Of a stretch of 64,000 nucleotides of DNA, positions 48,968 to 61,567 are shown piece by piece. The notes beneath the pieces were generated by a model that worked only from the letters and a program-made list of their open reading frames with translations, was not told the origin of the DNA and searched no databases. Every line of letters begins with the position of its first letter. Position 1 is the stretch's first letter. The position numbers and the translations under genes were made by a program. Origin of the DNA: Malacoraja senta (Eukaryota); assembly GCA_038087875.1 (NCBI GenBank), contig CM075989.1, forward strand, positions 15,626,001 through 15,690,000. The letters run 5' to 3'.

Positions 48968-51055
48968 GTAAAGAGCACAGTGAGAGTTGTCAAAGTGGTC
49001 TCCGTGTGTGGAAACATAAAACAAGGAAATGGTTCTTCTGGGTACAGCAAGTGGGGGCACCACACAACATTTTACTGAATGTGTAGGAAGGAACTGCAGA
49101 TGCTGTTTTTTCAGCTTTTATAGTGATCGTTAAGTTTTTAAATGCAATTTTTAAGTATTTAAAGTATGAGGTAATACTTTTGTTCTTGGCTTCTTGTGCT
49201 GCCATCTCTGAGAATTGTTGATGTGATTGGCTGTTCAGCCACACTACTGACATCTCTATTGTAAGAAGCTGGACATCACTTTGAAAGATGCCTGATGGCA
49301 AACAAGGCCTGGAAAATATGTACTCCATTTCAGGGAGATGGCTAGATCTTTGTAGGCAGGTTTCAATGAGGTTCAGGCCAGTGACAACTTTATCACCGTC
49401 TTCTGGTCTTTAACTATTGCAGGAATTAATGGGATCCTGGCTAGGTTCCCCATTTGAGACAGCAAAACTCTTTGACAGAGGTGTGGCATAATGACAGAGT
49501 GGTTTACTAAGGCAGGTGGGATTTGTGAATAGAGGACCAGAGTACAAAATCAGAATTGTTGCATTGAACTTGTACCAAACTCTAGTTAGACCACACCTGA
49601 GTATCAGATGAAACCTGGTATTCGCATTTTGGGATTAATGAGATGTTCCAGAATGGATGGTTAACGCTTAGTTTAGTTTAGAGATTTAGCAAAGGATTTC
49701 AGCTGCTCGAGGGATTAGATGGAGAAACTGGCTTCTGAGGCAGAAATATAGAAGAATTGAGACAGGAGATCAGATGGGGTATAAAGGGGAAATGGTTCCC
49801 ATTAGTAGATGGTCCAAAGACCAGGGGAGAATTATTCAAAATTCTGTGTTAAAGGGAGAAGGAGGATGTGGCAACAAGTTTTAAGTGTAGCATAGAACTG
49901 TACAGAAGACAGACACAGAGTACTGGAGTAACTCAGCGGGTCAGGCAGCATGTCTGGAGAAAAAGATGTCCTGTGTTTAAGAAGGAACTGCAAATCGAAG
50001 GTAGACAAAATGCTGGAGAAACTCAGCGGGTGCAGCAGCATCTATGGACCGAAGGAAATAGGCAACGTTTCGGGCCGAAACCCAAAGATGTCCTGACCCG
50101 CTGAGTTACTCCAGTACTTTATGTCTACCTTCGATATAAACCAGCATCTGCAGTTCCTTTCTACAAACGGAACAGCATATGGCAGGTTAAACTTAGCTCC
50201 TCTGCCTGGCAATTGATCCATACCCTACATTCCATGCATATTCATGTGTCTATCTACATGTATCTAAAATGTCACTATTGTATCTGGTGTTCTGGGCACC
50301 TGGCAAACTGCCCTGCACATTTCTTTTTTATATATCTCCCTCTAACTTTAAAGCTATTCCCACTAGTTTTTGACTGTGTACCCTATGTATGCCTCTCATA
50401 ACTTTATACGCTTCCATCAGGTCTTCCCTCAGCTGCTGATGCTCCAAGGAAAACAATCTTTTTTACCCAGATTCTAGTCTGGAATTCATTGGAATCAAAA
50501 TGTACCTTGAAAAGGGAATTGGACGGGGACGAGAGGGAACAGTTTGAAGCCCAATGGGGAATGAGACTGGGAACTGGCATAAACTCAATGGGCCGAATGG
50601 CCATCCCTTTCTGTGCCACAACTTTCTATGCTTCTATGATCTAAGCTGGGCAAGGAAATGTACCCCTCCCTCCCTCCCCTCTGAGGGACTTTGTGCGAGA
50701 CAGAGCCAGTACCTTCAGGGCAGGAGTGAAGGAAAAAAATTGCAAATAAATCACTCGCATAAACTGCTCATAACAAACAATTGGAATGATCGGCATGTCA
50801 GCTGCTGTTAATACAACGGACTGATCCTTAAACAATGTGCAGCTGGCTGATACACAATGAGCTGCCAACTCTTTAGTTTTATGTATCCGAGGGTCAGACT
50901 CCCACTTTTCCTAAGGATCCAAAGTTGATCAGGTTTCTAGTCAGCCGCAAGCAGCAGGCTGGCTCTGCAGTGTGTCGAGGGTCAGATCAGTCCCCTGCCT
51001 GACACAAGGGCATGCTGCCTTTTACACCCAAAACCTCTACAGAAACAAGGCGGCA

Positions 51056-52459
51056 ATCTTGAAGGTGCTGAGGATCTGGTTCGGGGGGGCTGAGGCGTGT
51101 AACAAGAATTGGCTGGAGCGGATAGTCAAGGTGGGGAAGAAGCTGGAGCTGTGGAAGCAACGCTCCCTCTCCATAACCGGAAAAAATTTGGTCATCAGGT
51201 GTGAGGTGCTCTCGGGGCTGCTGTACTTGGTGCAAGTGTGGCCTGTCCCTCCCTCCTACGCCACAGGGATCTCCCGGGCCGTCTTCCAGTTCATCTGGGG
51301 GTCGAGGATAGACCGGGTGCGACGGGCCACAATGTACAAGTCAGCAGACAACGGGGGTAAAAGCGTGCCCAACGTCACCCTCACCCTGATGGCCACCTTT
51401 GTGTGTGGCTGCATCAGGCGGCATGTAGAACCAAGGCACGTGGGCACCAAGTGTCACTACCTGCTGAGGTTCTACCTGTCCCCGGTGTTGCGAAGGATGG
51501 GCCTGGCGCAGATGCCACGCAATGTGTCAGTCAGCTGGACATTGCCGCCTCATCTGTCGTCTGTGGAAAGGTTCTTCCGGACCAACACCTTTGACCACAT
51601 GTCCATTGGGCAGTGGTCAGCACGGAATGTCCTGCAGGCAATGCAGGGAAAGGACTCGATGGATCCGGTGGCGTGGTTCCCAGAGCAGACTGCCCAGCTT
51701 GTCTGGCAAAATGCCTCATCGCCAGAACTCACCAACAAGCACCAAGACCTAGCTTGGCTGGCGGTGAGGGGAGCCCTCCCAGTCAGATCCTTCCTGCACC
51801 GTCGGAACCTCACTACCAGCGCACGCTGCCCTCGGGACGGCTGCTATGGCGAGGAGACGGTTGCCCACCTCTTTGCAGAGTGTGGATTTGCAAAAAGAGT
51901 CTGGAGAAGTATGCAAGGGTCCCTGGAATGCTTTATCCCGAACAGCTCCGTCACAGAGGACTCTGTGATTTACGGACTGTTCCCAGGGACACATTCAGAG
52001 ACTGACATCGAGTGCTGCTGGAGGGTCATCAACTGATGCTCTTTGGTCTGCCCGAGCGTTGTTCACCACCCAGCAGAGCGAGATGTCCGTCAGGGAATGT
52101 TGCCGACTGGCCCGCTGCAGACTGCAGGAGTACGTGCTGAGGGACGCACTGAAGCTTGGTGCAGCCAACGCCAAGGCTCGGTGGGGGAGGGCCACAGTCT
52201 AGGGTCCTTCCGCTGCTGGACATGGGGGGCACAGTATGGTGGAGACGCCCCTCAAAATAAGGGAAGGTATCCCATGTCAGGGGGCCACATGAGTGTCACG
52301 GGTGGGGGACGGATCTGTGGAATTGGAAAAATGTATTAACTGCATTGAACAGTTTGTATAGCCTCCGAAAATGTCAGATGAATGTTTCGCACGGTTCACG
52401 TATTGTATATATTTATTACTTGAATAAAGTCTATTTTGAAATTAAAAAAAATATTAAAA
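51056..52459 (+). mobile_element. 5'-truncated Tx1-clade (L1-like) non-LTR retrotransposon
   Basis: ORF2 C-terminal part with LSITGKNLVI and the zinc knuckle CPRDGCYGEETVAHLFAEC. A frameshift near 52034 continues as DALWSAR...WGRATV* (stop about 52202). AATAAA and A-rich tail; direct repeat AAGGCGGCA at 51047-51055 and 52460-52468. Confidence 0.9.
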
Positions 52460-54926
52460 AAGGCGGCAGTATCACCTCAGCCCAGTCCGGCCAGTTTTAT
52501 CACATTAAACCTGACTACCTTCAGGCTATTAACAGAGGTTCTGATAAATTGGATCTATTTTTTCCCCAACAATATTTCACACAACACGGTATGTAGATAC
52601 TGTAGCTCCAGTGATCTTGACCTCTGGTGTTGTCTGTGTGGAGTTTGCACGTTCTCTCCTTGACTGTGCGGGCTTCCCCTGGATGCTTTGGTTCCCTCCC
52701 ACATACCAAAGATTTGCTGGTTGTAAGGTCAAGTAGGCACTGCAAATTACGCTTGGTTGTGTGGGTGAGTGAAAGAGTCTGGGATGGTGGAGGTTGCTTT
52801 ATTTGTGTGGAGAATGAGGGTAGGAATTGTAGGAATGCTCCACCTCTCTGACCTAATAAATATCAGTAATATGTTGCATCGTATGGGTATTTTGTAACTT
52901 TTCTCCAGTATCACCATTAAGTAATCCTTCTATTTCACCAGCTTTGGGATCAACTGAGATTTGGAAAGAATTAATGTAATTCCACGAGGAAATACCATGA
53001 CAAATTCACGGAGATACAAGCGAGTTTACCTGTGCGGTGTTACATTGCACCAAGGCATAATAAACCTTGACTCTCGTAGTTTCTGATATTTAAAACAATT
53101 GCTCACATGAATAATAATGATGTGTTTAAAATAAACATACCCATTTTTCAGTGTGTTTGGTTTGAAATTTACATTAATGCCGTAATCTGACATAGTTGCC
53201 ATTTGAACCATTAATGTTAACGCAACTCTACACAGAGTTTGAGATTACTGTACTTTCCTTGTTCACCAAAACATGTTAATAAAAACACAATTTAAAACGC
53301 TGAAGTTAATATTTATGTTTAAGGTACAGTCAGGAATGTGGTGGGTATATGGAACGAGTTGCCACACAAGGTCGTTGAAGCAGGTACTACAACAGCAAAA
53401 GACACTTGGACAAGTACATGGATAGGAAACATTTAGAGGGATATGGACCAAATGCAGGCAAATGGGACTAGCCTAGATGGGGCATCTTGGTCAACATGGA
53501 TGCGTTGGGCCGAAGGGCCTGATTCCATGTTGTTTGACTCTCTACCGTGCCATATTTTGGAGTAATTTTCCATCATCTGAGGATGGGCGATAGACACAAA
53601 ATGCTGGAGTAACACAGCGGGACAGGCAGCATCTCTCAAGAGAAGGAATGGGTGACGTTTCGGGTCGAGACCCTTGATATAATCTGAGGAATGGCACTGG
53701 GTTGTAAACATCAAGGTTTCCTTGAATGTGCTTGACCTGATGTCATGAGTCTATGTGGCCCCTGGACTTGGTGTGGAGGATTTCTAGATTTATCTACTCC
53801 CGACTGCATGCCACCACCTTTTATGAGATTGTCTTCCAAAAGGACAGGAAAGGCAATGGAAAGCTGATAGAGGAGTCAGTTTACATGTCACATTGCCTGA
53901 AAGGAACATAAGTGTTTTCGGGTCCTAATCCACATGTAAAAACAAACACCCTCTTTCTGTGCTTGCCCTGGAGGTGTGAACGGTAGCTATGTGTTGTTTG
54001 GCTGGCAGCTGTTACCTCTCTGTGGACCAGCAACACCTCGACGAGCTGCCTCCCTGCGGCAGAAGGGCTGCTAATGGCAACCTTAATGAACTATGAAATA
54101 ATCATTATTGAACATTGTCCAATCAACTTTATGAAGCAAAACACCTCCATAACCATTTTGATTAGGTTGGAGAATTTGAAGGTACCGCAAAGCTGATATA
54201 TTCCATCTGATTACAGCAGGCATTCCATTGGATTGGGCCTGTGTGTTCAATAACAATCTAGGCACTGCCATTCTCACATACATTGTGCATTCCACATAAA
54301 GGAGCAGGAGGAGGCCATTCGGCTCATTGAGTGTGTTCCACCGTTGAGTAAGATCATAAACAACTTGTGATAATTCCATGTACCCATTATTGCACCTTTT
54401 CCCTTGATGATGTTGTTGAACAAAAATATATTAATCACCTGGTCAGCTGACCAATCAGCCAACAAAATATCAACTGACATTTGTTGTTAACTTCTTTACT
54501 CCGTGCGTGGAAGCTCTTTCCGCTGGATCTAATCCTAAAACACTGCCTCCTGCTCCTAACAGAATATTTTCTTTCACTTGACATTTGCGTACAGGCCTAA
54601 AGACACACAGCACTGAAACAGGCCCTTCGGTAAAACTTGCCCATGCGGACCTGGGCTAGTTCCATTTGGCTGCATTTGGCCCATATCCTTCTAAATCTTG
54701 TCTAACCATGCATATGTCCAAATGTCTTTTAAATGTTGTACCCTCCCCTACTACTTCCACGTGGTAGCTCGTTCCATATACCCATCACCCTCTTGTGTGA
54801 AAAAGTTGTTCCTCTTGTTCCTTTTAAATCTTTTCCTTCTCACCTTAAACCTATGTCCTCAAGCTTTGCACTCTCCTACCCTGGGAAAAAGACTGTAACC
54901 ATTTATTTTGAATTAGCTGAACCTTT

Positions 54927-55249
54927 TTCAGTGCAGCCGTTTAGGTAATTCACAGTGGGTCTCTCTCAAGAAATAGGTCATCGTAGATGCTTAGAGTCAA
55001 ACTAATAAATAGTTCTAGGGATCCCATCATTGTTTCTAAAAGCACCAGAACACACATGTGTAAGATCTGCACTTAAATAAACCTCTGTATGTGGTAACCC
55101 AACAAATCTTTCAACCAAATGTGTGTTCTGGTGCTTTTAGAAACAACGATGGCTTCCCTAGAACGACTTAGTAGTTGGACTCTAAGCAGATACTGTTACC
55201 TGTATCTTGAGAGAGACCCACTGTGAATAACCTAAACGGCTGCACTGAA
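54927..55249. repeat. Unclassified inverted repeat, ~131 bp arms (54927-55057, 55119-55249)
   Basis: TTCAGTGCAGCCGTTTAGGT.../...ACCTAAACGGCTGCACTGAA; no clear TSD. Confidence 0.8.
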
Positions 55250-55527
55250 TACACAATGTACTTATTCAAGGCCGGCATAGAAGTTGAATTATTCAAACAG
55301 CAATACAAACTGGGTCCGCTTCATTGCACGGGCTTGTACGTTTATCTTAAAGAATAGACCCATTGTATCTTCTTTCTTTAAGCTTCTTTAATTATTTCTG
55401 CTGCCGTGCACAGCTTTACCTGACGCTGCTTTAAAAAATGACACAAGATTCATATGGAGAACATGGATAAGTAACGTTTCTGGTCGAGACCCTTCTTCAG
55501 ACTTGGGGTCAAGTTTGAATGCTGGGT

Positions 55528-55555
55528 CTGAAGAAGGGTCTCGACCCGAAAAGTC
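55528..55555 (+). ncRNA. Candidate minimal hammerhead core, back-to-back with a second - strand core at about 55472-55500
   Basis: CUGAAGA-A-GGGUCUCGACCC-GAAA-AG-UC; UGGGU/ACCUA can form helix I. Confidence 0.5.
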
Positions 55556-55737
55556 ACCTATCCATGTTCTCCAGAGATGCTGCCTGACCTGCTGAGTTAC
55601 TGCAGCACTTTGTATCCTTTTGTGTATACCAGCATTATGGCAGTTCCTTGTTTCGACAGGATTTATATATTTATTTTCAAAATCTAGAAGCAATTCCTTA
55701 TTTATTAAGCATTTTATTTCTTGTCACTGTATTACAG

Positions 55738-55863
55738 ATAGAATCTTCTCAGGAAGCCAACGCCAGTGCAATGCGAGACATGACCAGGAAGCTTTACAGC
55801 CAATATGAAAATAAACTGCAAGAAGCTGAGCGGAAGCACCAAACAGAAAAGGAGGCTCTGCAG
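55738..55863 (+). CDS. myzap: MYZAP coding exon (IESSQEANASAMRDMTRKLYSQYENKLQEAERKHQTEKEALQ)
   Basis: TACAG acceptor, CAG|GTCAG donor, 126 bp. ESSQEANA...KLYSQYE.KLQE is characteristic of MYZAP. Confidence 0.95.
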
Positions 55864-55912
55864 GTCAGCTCAGGTTTCACTGTTCCCGTTCCCAGTGGGT
55901 GTCAGCAAGTAC

Positions 55913-56648
55913 CAGGCACGGAAATCGCTATCAAAATATGGAGGGGACCGGGGGACAGGGGGGACACAATTTTTGGTGGCCGCGCGCACATGCGCACATG
56001 CGCACACTCACACACACATGCGCGCGAGGCTTCGGATGCTCAATCCAGCGCTAAATGCAGCTCAACTCTGCCTGTCTCGCCGGGTTAACCTACAGCCCTG
56101 CCTGGACTGACGGGACACCTGCGCTGCTTTTCCGCGCTGGCCATATTTCCCGCAAGTCCAGGAAGGGCTGTAGGTTCACCTGGCGGGACAGGCAGAGTGA
56201 GCTGGGTTTTGCGCTGCTTCTCTGCGCTAGCTGTAGGCCTGGGGGTACAGCTCCCGTCTGACTCCCGACCTCTCCGGCCACCCGTTGGTGGGGGGGGCAT
56301 TCGGGGCAGCGCCGGAGACCCGGCAGGATCAATCCTGGCTGCGGATCAGGCGCAGGTCTGTGCCACGTCTCCCTCCTCCAATCGCCGCACTCTATCCTCA
56401 GTCCCACCCCCCTCACTCCTCTAATCATCGCGCTGAATCATCATGTCCCGCCCCCACTGCCTGCTGACCGACATCTCTCTCGTCCAATCGGCGCCCTCGA
56501 TCAGCAGTCCCACCCCCAGTCTCGCGGAAAGCGGAGATTTCACCGGGTTTTAAAATCCGGATTACAAAAACTTGGGGGGGATGTCCCCCACCTCTCAAAA
56601 CAGAGGGGGGACGTATCCCCCCCGCCCCCCCCAGGTTTTCCGCCCCTG
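55913..56648. mobile_element. Non-autonomous TIR DNA transposon (736 bp, GC/CpG-rich)
   Basis: Imperfect TIR CAGGCACGGAAA.../...TTTCCGCCCCTG; CAAGTAC duplicated on both sides; subterminal GGGGAC/GTCCCC motifs; internal inverted repeat at about 56058-56204. Confidence 0.8.
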
Positions 56649-57366
56649 CAAGTACCACATGCGGATCCTGACTGGAGGTTACGCTCCACCTTTGTTAGTT
56701 CTCCCTCTCCCTCGGAACAATAATCATGAAGTTATCCAGGGGAGGTTTATCAATGACCCACTTTTATTCTGCAATTCTACCCCCCCCCCCATCTCAATGT
56801 GACTGCCATCCATTCCTGGATTGGTGACATTGAATGAGACACAATTTGAGAATCTGCTCATCGTGCCTGTTGACAATGGGAGGTCATTTTAACCCACGTT
56901 TGGTTGAACCTGCCCTCCAGGAGACAGGAACCAGGGGCTGTTGCATTTTGGAAACTCTGTGCTGAATGGGTGAAAGTTGGAAGGAAGGAGGATAAGAATG
57001 GGAAAATTAAAATGGTTCTGAACTTGCAATTAACCGCTGTTTGTAAGTGGACATTTTGCGTTACAGAAATGTAAAACGATTCTATTTAACATTCTGATGC
57101 AAAGTGCCAGCTTGTCACGGCACATTCAGTTCGTTAAATACAAAACTCTAAACTAGGAAATCAGGGGAGGAATTTGATGCAGATAAATTCAGCACAATCT
57201 GACATCACTGATAAAATTGCCTTTACATCAGGAGAGCAGAGTGAGGTGCTCAGGGACTGAGTGCAGGTTCTGTGTCTCTTTGTGTTAACCTCAAAACAGT
57301 TCTGCGGTTTTGTGGTTTAATCTGGAAATTATGGGATACAAGTCATGGTATTTTTTTTTTTCGAAG

Positions 57367-57495
57367 GCACGAATAAACCAGGCGCTCCAAGAACTGAAGG
57401 AAGCCAACCAGAAGATCCTGGCAGTAGAGCAAAAAATAGCAGAAAGGGACCAGAGGATTCAGGAGTTGGACCATTTCATCGCTCGAATGACGGAG
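57367..57495 (+). CDS. myzap: MYZAP coding exon (ARINQALQELKEANQKILAVEQKIAERDQRIQELDHFIARMTE)
   Basis: Poly-T tract + AAG acceptor, GAG|GTACT donor, 129 bp. Corresponds to human EKDQRIGELDRLIERM. Confidence 0.92.
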
Positions 57496-59514
57496 GTACT
57501 GCAAACTTACTTTACATTCCTTTACGCTACTCTACTTTGGTCATTGTGAAGAATGGATGGCTGATTGCCGCCCAATTCTTTGGCCTATACTGGTACTGGC
57601 TTAAGAGACGGCTCAAGCTGACATAAAGTATTGCCTTGATGATCTGCTTTAAACCCCAGGGCGGGATACTGCACCCTTCATCCATTTCCAATGGTAACTC
57701 CTGGTACTTGAGTGTGAGATTGTCAAATGTCAACTCTTCAGATGTGCAAAAATATATCTCGAAAATTGGCCATTTTAGGGCACCTTAAATGGGTTTACAA
57801 TGGTGTGAGTGTGAACAAGTGTGTCCATTTGTGTGTAAAGACAGAGGCATGGACACTTGTCTCACAGAGAACAAAAAAACCCAGACTGTTTGCTGCTTTC
57901 AATTTTATTTTGCATGTATTTTTCTGTCGACATTGTGTGTGCAGTTTCCAATCGCAACACAATAGGATTCATGCACATATCAACACATTGCAGCTTCTGT
58001 GGATGAAATGCCCACGATGTCCTAATGGAGCTCCTCTCTGCTGCAATCACAATAGAAAATGCAGTGAGAGGGACTTCATTACTGCAACAACAGAAGTAAA
58101 CCACATCGAAAGCCATTGACCATAAAGTCATTTCCAGATTTGGAAACTCTCCACCAAAACCCGCACAAAGATCTGATTGCGGAAGCTCAGATCTATGATC
58201 ACATCAGGAATGCCCAGCATCCCTGCAGGATCTCCTCTGGTCTGGAGATTCACTTTGAAACTGCTGCTCTACACAATATATGAAGATGCCTCCTCACTTT
58301 GTCATTTGTTTATTTATGATACAAAGTGAGGCCATTCAGCCCATTGGGTCTATACTGGCTTCCATATCATGGCTGACAGCTGGAAGTGAAATTCAATGAC
58401 AATGACGACAATCAATTCAAACTCCAGGAAAAAAAAGACGACGCACTCTAACTGATATTCATGACCTCCCCACCAGACTCATCATCTGTCTAGCTGCTAT
58501 CTCTCTCCATTCACCCCCTCAACCACTACCAATGCTACACACCTCCTGCCCATCTGTAGTTCTCAGATTGACCTCGGCCACCATTTCCCAATCCACAAAA
58601 TCATTGTGGAAGCAAGTCATGCTTAATCCCAAGGTCCTATCTATGAAGAATTTTTCAGTAGACACAAACTTTGTTGCAATCTCATCCGTCTCACCCAAAA
58701 AGGCACCACAGTGTTAAACAGTGTTGAGACTAAAGATATCTGATTTATTTTGAAATGTTCCCATTTTCATTAAGACCTCAATTGTATTTTGAAAGTTCCA
58801 TTGGTAGCCATACTAAGGACATCTTAATCTGAAAAAATAGCCAGCAGGGTGTAAGAATCTGTAGTGCACTCATTTGACTTTCATTGAGGAACCAGCTTCT
58901 CCAAGTTACACTGAGGAGGTGAGAGCTTCTGTACCACCAGGCCCTTTGAACTTCCCTACTGCTTACTCCAAGGCAGGGGATAGTTTACTGATTGGCCAAT
59001 GTTCTCTGCTCCACTCAACCCAGGAGCTCCTTCCATCTAGATTGGGATGTAAACAAGACCATGAGTTTAAAAGAGCCCATGCCTCCTGTTGGAGACGGGA
59101 TAAAGGGTGTGAGAGGCTGGGAGTTCTGATACATGCTCAGGACCAAACCTCTCACCTGAAGCTTGCTCCTTGTGGACAAAGTTTGTATATCAAATAAATT
59201 GACTCATTGGGACAAAAGAGTGTTCACAGTGTGTTGGTTTACAGCCAGCACGTCTATGACTCCAGCAGATTAGGAAGGAAACTAAGCTCTCTACATCCAA
59301 AGGCAAGAGAATCGGTACCTATTTATCTGTTGATATGCTGAAATAAGACAAAAACCCCAACATTTAAATGTAGATCAGCTATATATTTTGGAAAACTACA
59401 TAACAATCTGCCTGATCAAAAATGTGGCAATGTTCAGTGTGATTTGAAGATTGTTGATTCAATTTGGATGAAATAGCTTCCTTGCTCTGACCAGTGTCTG
59501 GGCTCTTGTTACAG

Positions 59515-59609
59515 GAACGTCACCTCTTGCAGCTGAGGTTACAGGAACACGAGGAGCAACAGCAGCAGCTCAGACAGAGAGATGAAACAGACGCACGAAG
59601 CAATGAGAG
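59515..59609 (+). CDS. myzap: MYZAP coding exon (ERHLLQLRLQEHEEQQQQLRQRDETDARSNER)
   Basis: TACAG acceptor, AG|GTGCAG donor, 95 bp, phase 0/2. ERH.LQL.L.EHE motif. Confidence 0.88.
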
Positions 59610-61461
59610 GTGCAGATAAATCAAATCCAGCACTGCATTGTTCACAGATGTGCAATGGATTCTCATACCTCAATTAGATTTGTTCTTCTTTTGCAAGGAA
59701 GACTACTTATTTACAATCTTAATTATCTCAACAAGTTGGTATTAATCAATTCCCAATACGTTACTATAAACCTCTCTCCCTCCTGGCAAGGTCCCTGACG
59801 TGCAGTAACATTTCTGAACAATATTTATAATGCTGGAACTTCCAGATAACACTTACCTCATTTTTTTAATAGTTAAATAATGTTGTAAAGAATAATGAAG
59901 GGAATGGCTCTGATTGGCCACAGGGTTGCTTCGATAAAATACGTTTGCTCCTAAGTGATGGATTTGAATTCTCTCTGCTGCCCCATTATAACCCGCATTA
60001 TAAAGTTCCTTATTATGGCCTTGAGCTATTCCACACAGCTCACAACCAATAAATACTTTTGAGTGGAGTCACTCTTTTTGAGGGGGCAATTGAGACAGGA
60101 AAAATGCACCTAACAGGATCCCAGAACTAGGAATGTTGCACAGGTTTAGTTCCAGTTTAGTTTGGAGTTGCAGTATGGAAACAGGCCCTTCGGCCCACCG
60201 AATCCACGCCAACCAACATTCACTCACACACTAGTTCTGTTCTACACATTCAGTACAATTTACAGATGCCAATTAACCTACAAACCTGCACGACTTTGGA
60301 ATGTGTGAAGAAACCGGAGCTCCCAGAGAAAACCCATGCAGTAACGCGAAAATGTACAAACTCTGTACAGGCAGCACATGTAGTCAGGATGGAACCTGGG
60401 TCTCTGGCGCTGTAAGGCAGCAACTTTACACTGCTTTGCCTAATTAATTTATTTGTGGTTATGTTCGTGCACATCTTGGCCAGACCAGGATATAATGCCA
60501 TCCAAATGTCTCCTTCCACTTCAGCAAATAGATTAGATTGGGGTTGAGATGGGAATGGGATGAATAGGATTTATAGTGGGGAAGAGACATTATTGTGAGT
60601 GATTCTGTGCATTTTCTAACTGATAAAACTGGCAGTAATTTAGCTGCCACTTAGAGACAAGGTGAGATGTGGAAAGAATGTGGGAAAGTTTCAATGAAGT
60701 ACAGCAGAGATTCATGAGCCTTCTGGTTAGATGGGCTGGTGTTAACCTCTAGAGTTAAAGCGTGTACCACTCCCTGTGACACACATAAATACAAAACATA
60801 AAGAATTCGAGATGATGGCAGAGAGCGTTTGAACCACAGAAGGAAAGAAGATGAAATTATGGCTGTAGAATAAAGCATTTTAATTTAGATAGTTCAAACA
60901 CGATTGTAGTGGGCATCAGAAAGTTAGATGGAATCTGATCTCTTTATCTGGAAGTGTATTTCTGCCCGAAGTAGAACAAACCATTTTTAAAGGATAGAAA
61001 TTTCTCTCTTCTTCCCTTCCTCCATCCCTTCTCTCCTTTCTCCCCTCGCTTCTTCCCTTTCTCTCTCTCTCTCTTTCTCCCCTTCTTTCTGCCATCGTCT
61101 TTATTTCTCTTCTTTCTTTTTGTCACTCTCCTCTTTTCTCTCTTTCCTTTTTTCTTTGTCCCTCTTTGGGACCAGTTTCTATCCCTCCCTGGGAAACAAA
61201 CCCCTCCGAGGAATACTAACTCCTTCAAGGAGATTGGAGACCCTCTGGGCCTCTTGCACCTTGCTCCAATTATTTAATTGGAATTTCGCCTATTGACTTT
61301 GGCAATCGCTAATCAATCATTTTGCATTTCACGAGGCACTTCAGTAATGGGGAGGAATGTGGGGGCAGAGCAGGGGCAAGCTCGCCAGCTAGCAGATTTA
61401 TGGTCTTGTGGAAACCTCTGCATTATTTGACACAGTTTCTGTTAACTCTCGGTGGTGTCAG

Positions 61462-61567
61462 GTCCCAGAGAGCGGAGGAGAAAGCTGCCAGTCTGCGGGA
61501 AAGAATCCAACACCTGGACAACATGGTACACTGTCAACAGAAGAAAGTCAAAAACATGATTGAAGAG
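61462..61567 (+). CDS. myzap: MYZAP coding exon (SQRAEEKAASLRERIQHLDNMVHCQQKKVKNMIEE)
   Basis: CAG acceptor, GAG|GTGGG donor, 106 bp, phase 2/0. SLRERI.HLD.MVHCQQKKVK is nearly identical to recalled MYZAP. Confidence 0.95.

Noticed and set aside
50972..52036. 354-aa ORF as a standalone host gene
   Set aside because: The first ~28 codons are flanking DNA upstream of the TSD and there is no ATG start; the rest is a truncated Tx1 ORF2 lacking the RT core and endonuclease.
60944..61228. Lys/Arg/Glu-rich 94-aa ORF on the - strand
   Set aside because: Translation of a CT-rich low-complexity tract.
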